From an uncultured Spirochaetota bacterium (lineage in GTDB: Bacteria; Spirochaetota; Spirochaetia; SZUA-6; Fen-1364): a stretch of DNA of 64,000 bases. How positions within the stretch are numbered: position 1 is the stretch's first letter; each line of letters starts with the position of its first letter. The notes beneath the pieces are model-generated. The model saw nothing but the letters and a program-made list of their open reading frames with translations. It ran no database searches and was not told the origin of the DNA. The translations under genes were made by a program, and so were the position numbers. Positions 48,229 to 57,681 of the stretch are shown in pieces. The stretch spans positions 93,171 to 157,170 of the forward strand of contig CAVUXE010000028.1 in NCBI GenBank assembly GCA_963745235.1. The letters run 5' to 3'.

Positions 48229-48246
48229 CCATGACGTGATGAGCAA

Positions 48247-50142
48247 TCACTGCGCGTCTCTCAGTTCCTGGTATTGCGCAGTCTTTCTCAGCTTGTCGTT
48301 CTGCGCGGCGTAGTCATACGCAGTCTTTCCATCATGGGATTTTGATTTCCCATTCGCTCCCGCCTCCAGGAGCACTGAGATCACTCGGGGAGTCTGGTTG
48401 TACCTGGCCGCCATCATCAAGGGTGTCAAGCCGTTCGTGTCCCGGACTTCGATCTTTGCCCCCGCTTTGAGAAGCGCGGAGATGACGTCTGCGCTCTTGT
48501 TGTCGATGGCTGCCACCATCAACGGCGTCCAGCCATTCCTGTCCTGACTTTCGATATCTGCCCCGGCTGTCAGAAGCGCGGAAATGACGCCGGCGTTGCG
48601 GCTATGCATCGCGGCATACATGAGTGGCGTCCAGCCCTTCGCGTCCCGCGCGTCGACCTTTCCCCCCGCTTTGAGGAGCGCTGTGATGACCTCTGGGTTC
48701 TGGTTGTGCCTCGCCGCCACCATGAGCGGCGTCCGGCCGTCTTTGTCAGGTTCGTTGATATTCGCCCCCGCTCTCACGAGCATCGAGACGACCTCGGGAT
48801 TCGGATTGGACCTGGCCACTGCCATCAAGGACGTCCTCACCTCCCTGGTGGGCCGGTCCACCTTTGCCCCAGACTGCAGAAGCGCGGAGATGACCTCGGG
48901 ATTCGGATTATTCAGGGCCGCGCGGGTCAAAGGTGTCAGGCCCTCCTCGTCCCGGTCATCGACCTTCGCGCCCGCCTGCAGAAGCACTGTAATGACCTTG
49001 GAGTTCAAGGTATCAGAGGCTGCTATCATGAGGGGTGTCAATCCCTCCCCGTTGCGCTGGTCGACCTTTGCACCAGCATGGATGAGCGAGCTGACCACGT
49101 CTGGATCAGGGTTGTGAGAGACAGCCACTGTCAAGGGCGTCCGGCCTTCCGCGTCCTGCTCGTCCACTTTGGCACCTGCCTGCAGGAGCGCGGAGATCAC
49201 GTCCGCGTTCGGGCTGGAATAATCCGCCGCCCATAGCAAGGCCGTCCGGCCCTGTTCATCCCGGTCGTCGACTTTCGCTCCCGCCTGCAGGAGCGCAGAG
49301 ACAACCTCGGGGTCCGGGTTATGAGAGACTGCCATCAGGGGCGTTCTGCCCTTTGCGTCCCGCGCCTCGACTGGCGCTCCCGCCCGCAGCAGTGTCGTGA
49401 CGACCTTGGGATTATGATTGTGCAGGACCGCCATCATCAGGGGTGTCCAGCCGTCCGGGTCCTGCTCGTCGATCTTCGCTCCCGCCTGGAGGAGCGCTGA
49501 AATGACCTCGGGGTTCGGATTGTTCAGGGCCGCAATCATCAAGGGGGTCCGGCCACCAGGGTCCTGGTCCTCTACTTTCGCTCCTGCCTCCAGGAGCACG
49601 TTGATGACCTGCGGGTCCTCGCTCATGAAGGATGCAGTCATCAAGGGTGTCCAACCGTCGATGTCCCGCTCTTCGACCATGGCCCCCGCCTGCAGAAGCG
49701 CGCTGATCACCTCGGGGTTCCGGTTGTGCAACACCGCTATCATCAAAGGCGTCCAGCCGTTCTTGTCCCGGTCGTTTATGTTGGCGCCCGCTTTCACGAG
49801 CGCTGCGACGACCCCTGGATCCTGGTTGTAGGCTGCTGCCAACATCAGGGGGGTCTGGCTGCTCACTTCACGGTCGTCAATTTTCGCTCCTGCGTTCAAG
49901 AGCAGGGAGATGACGTGCGGGTCGCGATTGCTCCTGGCCGCGAGGATGAGGGGGGTCTGGCCATTCTGGTCGCGCTCCTCGATGTTGACCCCCGCTTGAA
50001 GGGCAGTCTTGATTTGTTCCAGCGTTCCGTCTTTCACCAGCTCCAGCAAGCTCAGAGCAGATGAATCCAACGATGCTGCAAGCAGCCCAAGGACGGCAAA
50101 GCTCATGATCAGCTGCCCGGAGCGCCTTCCCACGATCCCCAT
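48247..50142 (-). CDS. exported ankyrin-repeat protein (about 17 repeats)
   Basis: ORF 48247..50193. The likely signal peptide is MGIVGRRSGQLIMSFAVLGLLAASLDSSALS, and the start is uncertain (50106-50193). About 17 units follow of the type D..G.TPLM.AA..N.NPEVISALLQAGAKVD. Confidence 0.85.
   Translation of the reverse strand: MGIVGRRSGQLIMSFAVLGLLAASLDSSALSLLELVKDGTLEQIKTALQAGVNIEERDQNGQTPLILAARSNRDPHVISLLLNAGAKIDDREVSSQTPLMLAAAYNQDPGVVAALVKAGANINDRDKNGWTPLMIAVLHNRNPEVISALLQAGAMVEERDIDGWTPLMTASFMSEDPQVINVLLEAGAKVEDQDPGGRTPLMIAALNNPNPEVISALLQAGAKIDEQDPDGWTPLMMAVLHNHNPKVVTTLLRAGAPVEARDAKGRTPLMAVSHNPDPEVVSALLQAGAKVDDRDEQGRTALLWAADYSSPNADVISALLQAGAKVDEQDAEGRTPLTVAVSHNPDPDVVSSLIHAGAKVDQRNGEGLTPLMIAASDTLNSKVITVLLQAGAKVDDRDEEGLTPLTRAALNNPNPEVISALLQSGAKVDRPTREVRTSLMAVARSNPNPEVVSMLVRAGANINEPDKDGRTPLMVAARHNQNPEVITALLKAGGKVDARDAKGWTPLMYAAMHSRNAGVISALLTAGADIESQDRNGWTPLMVAAIDNKSADVISALLKAGAKIEVRDTNGLTPLMMAARYNQTPRVISVLLEAGANGKSKSHDGKTAYDYAAQNDKLRKTAQYQELRDAQ
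48289..50046 (-). repeat. ankyrin-repeat coding array, period about 99-102 nt
   Basis: The 33-34-aa periodicity runs through the ORF. The plus-strand shadow ORFs show the same periodic pattern. Confidence 0.8.
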
Positions 50143-50242
50143 TCTCCATTTTTCCGGGCTCCTCGTCGATAGGCAATCTCCCCGTGCCGTCAACGGCCTT
50201 CATGGAAACCTTCAGTCAACCGGCCCTGCTTTCAACCCCGGT

Positions 50243-51460
50243 TCAGGAGCGGTTCCTCTTGGATGTAACGTCGATATAGACCGCCGCGATGATGACAAGG
50301 CCGCGGATGATGTACTGCCAGAAGACGTCCATGTTCATGACGCTCATCCCGTTCAACAGGCTGGCGATGATCAGCGAACCGACGATGGCGCCGAAAATGG
50401 TCCCCTCCCCGCCCATGAGGCTCGTTCCTCCGATGACGCAGGAGGCGATGGCGTCCAGCTCATAGTTGACGCCTCCGCCGATGGTGCCTGCGGCCACGTA
50501 GCCGGTCAGGACGATCCCGGAAACTCCCGTCAAGAGCCCCATGAGGATGAACACCATGAACACGAGGCGGTTGATGTTGATTCCAGAAAGCCGGGTGGCT
50601 TCCTTGTTGCCGCCCAGCGCGTAGGTGTAGCGGCCGAACTTCGTGTTGTTGGCAAGGTACGTGAAGATCACGGCAACCACGGCCATGAGGAGAACGGGGT
50701 TGGGGATGCCGCGGTAGCTGTTCATTATATAGATGAAAAAAATCACGAGACATGAGATGAGAAGGATCCTCAGCAGGTCCTGGTACACCGGCACGAGCTT
50801 GAATCCGAACTCCTTTCTCTGCTGCCTGCCGCGCAACACAAAGAAAACCACCAGCACCACGACAATAGCGCCCAGAATCCACCCCACCATCGCGGGCACG
50901 TACCCCTGGGCAATGAGCCGGAAATCATCCTCGTAGATCGTCAGCGTTTTCCCCTGGGTGACGGCAAGCACTCCTCCCCGAAAGATCAACTGCCCTCCGA
51001 GGGTCACGATGAAGGCGGGGACTCCGAGGTAGGCAATGATCGTGCCCTGCCAGACTCCGACGATCAGGCCGACAAGAAGGGCAGACACGATTGCGATGAT
51101 CGTATTGAGAACGCCCAGAGGTCCCGCCGCCATGGCGGGAAAAATGCCGTGCAGGATGGCCGGCATGGTATTCAACTGCAGGTAAGCGGTCACCGCGCTC
51201 ACCAGCCCGGTCGAGGAGCCGACGGACAGGTCGATGTTCCCCGTAATGATGACCAGCACCATGCCGATCGCCAGGAATGACACGATCGTGGTCTGGCGGA
51301 AAAGGTTCGAAAGGTTCCGCGGTTCGAAGAAAACCCAGTGGGTGAGGCTGCCAAAGAGAAGCCAGATCAGCGCAAGCGCGATGATCATGGTGTACGTCCG
51401 AATGTTCGTTCGGATACCGCGCGTGATGGTCGCCACCGAAGTCGTCTTGGTTGCCAGCAT
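50243..51460 (-). CDS. xylH: D-xylose-type sugar ABC transporter permease
   Basis: 405 aa. Long blocks match my recollection of E. coli XylH: RNLSNLFRQTTI, GNIDLSVGS, VPAFIVTLGG, GGNKEATRLSGIN, ELDAIASCVIGGTSL and FWQYIIRG. Confidence 0.8.
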   Translation of the reverse strand: MLATKTTSVATITRGIRTNIRTYTMIIALALIWLLFGSLTHWVFFEPRNLSNLFRQTTIVSFLAIGMVLVIITGNIDLSVGSSTGLVSAVTAYLQLNTMPAILHGIFPAMAAGPLGVLNTIIAIVSALLVGLIVGVWQGTIIAYLGVPAFIVTLGGQLIFRGGVLAVTQGKTLTIYEDDFRLIAQGYVPAMVGWILGAIVVVLVVFFVLRGRQQRKEFGFKLVPVYQDLLRILLISCLVIFFIYIMNSYRGIPNPVLLMAVVAVIFTYLANNTKFGRYTYALGGNKEATRLSGININRLVFMVFILMGLLTGVSGIVLTGYVAAGTIGGGVNYELDAIASCVIGGTSLMGGEGTIFGAIVGSLIIASLLNGMSVMNMDVFWQYIIRGLVIIAAVYIDVTSKRNRS

Positions 51461-53015
51461 TACCTCACCTCACTCGTTGCGCCTGCCAGACCTGTCGCCA
51501 TGGCCATGAGCTTTTCCTGCGTCGCATCGCGCCGGTCGATGATTCCGGCGTTTTCCCCCTCGTGCATGACGAGGATCCGGTCGCTCATGCCCAGGATCTC
51601 GGGAAGCTCGGAGGACACGAGGATGATGGCGACCCCTTCCTCCGCAAGCTTGTTCATGAGCTTGTAGATCTCGTACTTCGCCCCGACGTCGATCCCCCGG
51701 GTCGGTTCGTCCAGGATGAGAACCTTCGGTTCGGACATCAGCCATTTCGCAATGACGACTTTCTGCTGGTTTCCGCCGCTCAGGCTGTTGACGAGGGCCT
51801 GCAACGTCGGCGTCTTGATGGCAAGATACGTCGCCATGGATTCGCACGCTTTGAGCTCCGCGTTCCTGTTGATGGAGAGGAACCCTGAGAATCGCTCCAG
51901 GTTCGGAAGCGACATGTTCTTGAGGATGGATTGATCGACGACGAGCCCCATGCGCTTGCGATCCTCCGGAACGAGGCTGATCCCGTTGTTCATGGCGTCG
52001 CGCGCGGAATCTATCTCCACGGGAGCACTGTCGAGAGTGACCTCTCCGCTGCGGTTCTGGCCGTATTCGCCGAAAATCGTCGTGACCAGCTCGCTGCGGC
52101 CCGAGCCCATGAGGCCGGCAATACCGAGGATCTCCCCCTTGCGCACGGAAAAGGAGACGTTCTTCACAACTTTCTTTCCCGCCTGATACGGGCTGTCCAC
52201 GGACAGGTCTTTGACTTCGAGGACGACTTCCCCGGGGGACCGCGTCGCCGGTGGGGAATCGTTCCCGCATCTCCCGCCCGACCATCATCGAGATGATCTT
52301 TTCGTAGGTTGCATCTTTGGTGGCCAGGGTCCCGACGACACCCGCCGTCTCGAAGAACCGTGATGGTGTCCGTGATGCGGAAGAACTCCTCGACCTTGTG
52401 CGAGATGTAGATGCAGGTGACGCCGCGTTGCTTGAGATGGGCAAGGATGCCCATGAGGATATCGACTTCGGCCTCCGTGAGGGCGGAGGTGGGCTCGTCC
52501 AGGATCAGCACCCGCGCGTTCTCCGAAAGGGCCTTGGCGATTTCCACGATCTGCTGCTGGCCGACGCCCAGGTTGGTCACGACGGAGGACGGGACAATGC
52601 GAAGGTTGTATTCATCGAGAACCTTTTGGGTCTCATGGTAGAGCCTGTTCCAGTTGATCACCCCGCTTGCTCCCGGTTCGCGGCCCAGGAAGATGTTCTG
52701 CCCCACGGTCATGAGCGGTATCAATGCGAGCTCCTGATAAACGATCGCTATTCCCTTTTCAATGGCCTGTCGTATCGAATCCTTCCCGAAGCGCAGCTCC
52801 TCCCCGTTGTAGACGATGCGCCCCTCATAGGAGTCGAAGGGATACACGCCCGCGAGGATCTTCATCAGCGTGGATTTTCCCGCGCCGTTTTCCCCGCAGA
52901 TCCCGTGGATCGTTCCTCGCTTCACGGAAAAAGAGACGTCGCTCAGAGCGACCACGCCGGGGAACTCCTTGGTCACCTGTTGAATGTCAAGGATGATGTC
53001 ATTCATCTCGCTCAT
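51460..53015 (-). pseudogene. xylG: D-xylose-type sugar ABC transporter ATPase (two NBDs), two frame disruptions (about 52341-52343 and 52230-52238)
   Basis: Built from ORFs 52164..53054, 51470..52444 (middle segment) and 51460..52200. It has [30 protein letters not shown], which is XylG-like. The junctions are ...TVLRDGG / VVGTLATKDATYEKIISMMVGRE and ...TGDAVP / GEVVLEVKDLSVDSPY. Both lie in G/C runs. Confidence 0.8.
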
Positions 53016-53128
53016 GCTGGCCATGCCCCTCGATACCGGGAAGCGAGGGTGCATGCCCTCGCTTCCCTCCTTGGTGAAGATGCAATTCCGAGCGCAAGCG
53101 GCTGCTCCGCGCTCGTCAGCGCGGTGAA

Positions 53129-54212
53129 CTACGGTCTCGGCCGGCTTCTCGAGTCCGGGACGTCCCGATACACGTCGTCATAGCTCTGGAAACCGCTCTT
53201 GACGATCTGATCGTAGACATTGGACTTGTCCACCTGGACGACCGGGAGGAACTTGCAGGGCACCTGGCCCATCTGCTTCTTGTCCAACGTGAGGTCGGCA
53301 AGGTTGTACATCTTCAGCCCTTCGATCTGCTGTCCCTTTGCAAGCTTGATGGCCATGTCGATGGCCATCGGCGAGAGCAGGCGGACGTCCTTGTAGACGG
53401 TGACGGTCTGCTCGCCCTGCACGATGGAGTTGCAGCCGGCGGCAGTGGCGTCCTGACCCGAAATCGGCACCTTGCCGGCCAACCCCTGGGCCTTCATGGC
53501 CTGGAGCGCGCCGCAGCGCGGTCCCATCGTTGGAGGCGACAACGGCATCGATCTTGTTGTGCTGCGCCGTGAGGACGTTCTCCATGATCTTGGTTGCCGT
53601 CGGGGGATCCCAGTTGTCTACCCACTGGTCAGCGACGATCTTGATCTTGCCGCTGTCGATGAGCGGCTTCAGGACCTCCATCTGGCCGTTGCGGACGAGG
53701 ACGGCGTTGTTGTCCGTCGGGCTTCCGCCGAGGAGCATGAAGTTGCCGTGGTCCACGACCTTGATGACTCCGCGGGCCTCGGCGCGTCCGACCTCGGTGT
53801 TGTCGAACGAGATGTAGGCGGAGATGTTCGTCGACTTGATGAGCCGGTCGTAGGCGATGCACTTCACCCCGGCCTTTACCGCCTCATCCACCGCCGTGGC
53901 TGCCGCCGCGCCGTCTTCTGCAATGATGATGATGACGTTCACGCCCTGCAGCGCCATGTTCTCGATCTGGTCGTTCTGCAGCTTCGCGTCATGGTTGGCA
54001 ACCTGCGAGACAACTTGCGCGCCCTGGGCTGCGGCCAGCTTTGTCATGAGGGCCTGTTCGACCGGCCAGCGCTCGGTCGCGAAGTCAGAGAAGGAGAGGC
54101 CGATCTTGATGGCCCCACCCTTGGCGGGAGCCTTCTGCTCGCCCGTTCCAGACGCAAAGATCATGCCGCCCAGGAACAGGACGGTGAGCAGTACGAGATA
54201 CGCTTTCCTCAT
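53129..54212 (-). pseudogene. xylF: D-xylose-binding periplasmic protein, frame disrupted near 53505-53522
   Basis: Built from ORFs 53178..54263 and 53129..53548. The start MRKAYLVLLTVLFLGG at 54212 follows AAGGAGG. Strongly XylF-like blocks are YISFDNTEVG, GGSPTDNNA, GQMEVLKPLIDSGKIKIVADQWVDNW and KIDAVVASNDGTA. The junction is ...NDGTAL / GALQAMKAQGLAGKVPISGQD. Confidence 0.85.
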
Positions 54213-54246
54213 AAGGAAACCTCCTTGAATTGAGCTACCCATCGAA

Positions 54247-54262
54247 TGCAATTCATGTGCCA
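54247..54262 (-). promoter_or_regulatory. sigma-54 promoter TGGCAC-N5-TTGCA upstream of xylF
   Basis: Plus-strand TGCAATTCATGTGCCA is TGGCACatgaaTTGCA on the minus strand, a full match to the -24 GG / -12 GC consensus. It lies about 35 nt upstream of the xylF ATG. Confidence 0.8.
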
Positions 54263-54452
54263 AGTGTCTTCCCTGAATCGGTTGTACTAATTTGTTCCTG
54301 GAGAAGCAATTAAGGGAAGCGTTCCGGGTGGCAGCCGCGCGGCGGCGGGGGCACTGAGTAGACCCTTACCCATCACGGCTTTCTCATATTGTACTCATTT
54401 CCTCACGGGCATAGGACATTTGACCGCTTGTGCGGCAGTTTATCATGACGCT

Positions 54453-55769
54453 ATGAGCTTTACGATTCTCATCGTCGATGACGAACGGGAGGTATGTCTC
54501 TCCCTTGGCGAAGTGCTCCGGTCCAAAGGCTACATGACCTTGCATGAGGATGAACCGCTCAAGGTGCTCTCTCTTCTGGAGCGAGAGAAGGTTGACGTGA
54601 TACTCATGGACGTCCGCATGCCGGCGCTGGGCGGCATAGATCTCCTCAAGACAATCAGAAAGACGCGGCCCCTTGTCCCCGTCATCATGATTTCCGGGTA
54701 CGCCTCCGTGGAGAGCACGGTGAAGGCAATGAAGTATGGCGCTTTGAACTATTTCGCAAAGCCCGTGCAGCTGCCGGAGCTGCTGCGGGAAATCCGCCAC
54801 GTGGAGAGCTCCGTACGCATCAAGAGGCCCATTCCTGATGCGCAGACCATCGTCACCCAGAATTGGAGAATGGACGAGGTCCTCCGCCTGACGGAAAAAG
54901 CGGCTCCCACCGAGGCATCCGTGATAGTCCTTGGTGAGAGCGGCACGGGCAAGGAGCTGGTCGCAGATCTCCTTCATCACGCGAGCAAGCGCAAGCACAA
55001 GTCGTTGATCAAGGTCAATTGCGCAGCCATTCCCGACAACCTGCTGGAGAATGAGATGTTCGGGCATGAGAAAGGGGCCTTCACCGATGCGCAGAGCCAG
55101 CAGAAGGGAAAGATCGAGCTGGCGGATGGAGGCACGATCTTCTTCGACGAGATCGGTGACATGAGCCTGCAGACACAGGCCAAGATGCTTCGCGTGGTGC
55201 AGCAAAAGCATTTCACCCGGCTGGGGGGTTCGGTCCCCATCAGCGTGGATTTCCGCATCATAGCGGCGACGAACAAGAACATCGAAGAAATGATCGCCCA
55301 GGGAAACTTCCGCGAGGATCTCTACTATCGGCTCTCCGTCATCACGCTGAAGTTGCCTGCCCTTCGCGACCGAAAGGAGGACATCCTTCCCCTTGCCCTC
55401 CATTTCGCGAGGGAGTTCAACCAGGCCTACGGGAAGAGAGTGCTTGGCATCTCGGAGAGCGTGAGCGGGATGCTCGGGGAGCACACCTGGCCGGGCAACG
55501 TGCGCGAGCTGAAGAACATCATGGAGCGGGCAGTGATTTTCTGCGAAACCGAGCTGATCGAGCCCCGGGATCTTCCTGAGCAGTACCGCACCGTCAATCG
55601 ACGCGCTGACGGCTTCGAGGCCATTCGGGAGTTCTCCTCGGAGAAGGCACGCTCCGTGATCCGCGAGGCGCTGCTGCAGACGAACGGCATCAAGGGGGAG
55701 GCGGCGCGACTCCTGAAAATCACCCGCAAGACCCTCTACAACAGGATGAAGCGACTGAACCTGACATGA
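54453..55769 (+). CDS. sigma-54-dependent response regulator (NtrC family: REC-AAA+-Fis HTH)
   Basis: REC domain: ILIVDDEREV...VDVILMDVRMPALGG. AAA+ domain: VLGESGTGKELVA, EKGAFTDA (GAFTGA variant) and GGTIFFDEIGDM. HTH: AARLLKITRKTLYNRMKRL. The start is taken at MSFTIL. Confidence 0.9.
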   Translation: MSFTILIVDDEREVCLSLGEVLRSKGYMTLHEDEPLKVLSLLEREKVDVILMDVRMPALGGIDLLKTIRKTRPLVPVIMISGYASVESTVKAMKYGALNYFAKPVQLPELLREIRHVESSVRIKRPIPDAQTIVTQNWRMDEVLRLTEKAAPTEASVIVLGESGTGKELVADLLHHASKRKHKSLIKVNCAAIPDNLLENEMFGHEKGAFTDAQSQQKGKIELADGGTIFFDEIGDMSLQTQAKMLRVVQQKHFTRLGGSVPISVDFRIIAATNKNIEEMIAQGNFREDLYYRLSVITLKLPALRDRKEDILPLALHFAREFNQAYGKRVLGISESVSGMLGEHTWPGNVRELKNIMERAVIFCETELIEPRDLPEQYRTVNRRADGFEAIREFSSEKARSVIREALLQTNGIKGEAARLLKITRKTLYNRMKRLNLT

Positions 55770-57607
55770 GCACATATCCTGCGCCGCCTTTGCTCGCTCC
55801 CTGTCACCAGTGCCTCCTGCGGATGCGCAATATCCACGTCTCATACAACGGCGTGCCGGCCTTGAAAGGGGTGGATTTCGACCTGTACGAGGGGGAGATC
55901 CACGCGCTGGTGGGCGAGCACCGCGCGGGCAAGTCATCCCTGGTCAAGCTGATGAGCGGCGCGGTCCAGAAGAGCCAGGGAGAGATCATCTACCGGGGGA
56001 CGGAGGTGAAATCCTTTTCCCCGGAGAGCGCGATCCGCGCGGGCGTGGGGATGGTCTATCAGAATCTCAATGTGCTTCCGAGCCTCAACGCCATAGAGAA
56101 CATCTTCGCCGGGCAGATGGTTCATCGCAGATTCCTGAGGCTCGACTACCGGCGCATGTTCGTGACCGGCCGAGAGCTCTTCAAACGAATGAACCTGGAG
56201 ATCGACCTGGAGACGCCGCTGCGCCGCCTGTCGCAGGCACAGCAGCTCATGGTCGAGTTCGCCCGGATGCTCTTTCTGAATCCGCAACTCTTGATTCTCG
56301 ACGAGCTTGCCAACAAGCTCACGCCGGAAGAGATGGGAACCATCTACGAAATCATGTTCGACTTCCGCAAGCAGGGGAAGAGCATCATCTACATAACCCA
56401 CGACATAGAGGAGACGCTCAAGGTCGCTGACCGCGTGACCATCCTGAAGGACGGCTACCGCCGGGGGACGGAGCGCGCGGCGGATCTGGATCGCTTCCGC
56501 CTCTACGCGCTCACCTACTCCTTCGCGCTGGGCAAGAAGGAGATCGAAGCCAACCGCATGCAGTTCTACATGTTGAAGCGATACAGCGAAGACTTCATCC
56601 GCCACCTCTCCGCCGGCCTCGTCATCCTGGACGCAGCCGACGCCGTGCAGCTTGCCAACTTCGCGGGGATCGAGATCATGCAGCCCGGTCCCGAGCAGCT
56701 GGCCACGCATTCCATCCAGGAGCTGCTCGCCGCGCTGCGCTTCCCCAACGCCGGTGAGATCCGCGAAAGGGTCGCCGCGAGGGAGGAGTATGTGTGGGAG
56801 GAGATCCGCATCGACGAAGACACACTGGTTCGCGTCGACGTCTTCCCGCTCCGTGATGACGAAAGCTCTTTCATCGGGACCGCGGTTCTGATCCATGACG
56901 TCTCGATAGATCGCTACATGAAGGACTACATCATCAGGGCCGAGAAGATGGCAACGGTGGCTGAGGTGGCCGCGGGGGTGGCCCACGAGATCAACAATCC
57001 TCTCTTCATCATCCGCAACTACGTGGAGCTTCTGAAGGACAAGAGGCTCGATCCCGATGGGAAGGAGAAGCTGCGGAAGATCCAGAAGGAGCTCGGCCGG
57101 ATCTGCGAGATCACCGAGAGTCTTCTCTCATTCTCCAAGGTCAAGGAGCTGCCGGAAAGTCGGACGAACCTGGTTGAGGTTGTCGACGATGCGATACTCC
57201 TCCTGCAGCACAATGTCTCCAAGAAGAACATCCGCCTTGACAAGGATCTGTGCGAGCAGCGCGTGGAAATCGTGGGCGACGAAAACCGCCTGAAACAGCT
57301 TTTCCTGAACCTGCTTCTCAACAGCATCGACGCCGTGCTTGATGGCGGCACTGTACGGGTCAGGGTGGCCGCCAGCAGGGAGGACCGTTTCGCGGAAGTG
57401 ACGGTCTCCGACAATGGGTACGGTATCCCCGCCGAAATTCAGGGCAAGATCTTCGATCCCTTCTTCAGCACGAAGGTAAACAAGAAGAACGTGGGCCTGG
57501 GTCTGTCGATTTGTCAGCACATCGCCGAGGCGCATGAGGGGATCATCACCTTCACGAGCGTGCCCGGAGAGCTCACCGAGTTCAAGGTGAAGCTGCCGCT
57601 CCGATAA
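55766..57607 (+). CDS. cytosolic hybrid protein: N-terminal ABC-transporter nucleotide-binding domain fused to a PAS-like region, HisKA and HATPase_c (histidine kinase)
   Basis: 613 aa with no TM segment. The ATGA overlap with the regulator stop indicates translational coupling. The NBD has GEHRAGKSS (Walker A), MVYQN (Q-loop), LSQAQQLMVEFARML (degenerate LSGGQ), LLILDELANKLT (Walker B) and IYITHDIEE (H-loop). The kinase has AAGVAHEINNPL (H-box), LLNSIDA, VSDNGYGIP and GLGLSI. Confidence 0.85.
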   Translation: MSTYPAPPLLAPCHQCLLRMRNIHVSYNGVPALKGVDFDLYEGEIHALVGEHRAGKSSLVKLMSGAVQKSQGEIIYRGTEVKSFSPESAIRAGVGMVYQNLNVLPSLNAIENIFAGQMVHRRFLRLDYRRMFVTGRELFKRMNLEIDLETPLRRLSQAQQLMVEFARMLFLNPQLLILDELANKLTPEEMGTIYEIMFDFRKQGKSIIYITHDIEETLKVADRVTILKDGYRRGTERAADLDRFRLYALTYSFALGKKEIEANRMQFYMLKRYSEDFIRHLSAGLVILDAADAVQLANFAGIEIMQPGPEQLATHSIQELLAALRFPNAGEIRERVAAREEYVWEEIRIDEDTLVRVDVFPLRDDESSFIGTAVLIHDVSIDRYMKDYIIRAEKMATVAEVAAGVAHEINNPLFIIRNYVELLKDKRLDPDGKEKLRKIQKELGRICEITESLLSFSKVKELPESRTNLVEVVDDAILLLQHNVSKKNIRLDKDLCEQRVEIVGDENRLKQLFLNLLLNSIDAVLDGGTVRVRVAASREDRFAEVTVSDNGYGIPAEIQGKIFDPFFSTKVNKKNVGLGLSICQHIAEAHEGIITFTSVPGELTEFKVKLPLR

Positions 57608-57681
57608 CGGGTCTCCTGCTTGACCGCGGAGGACCTCCTCTGTAGCTTCGACTGTGCTGATTCTCAAACCAAGGAGGGAAC

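Noticed and set aside
48289-50046. A periodicity of about 100 nt that might suggest a CRISPR or satellite array.
   Set aside because: The periodicity is the 33-34-aa ankyrin repeat of a continuous ORF. The units are divergent at the DNA level and have no spacer structure.
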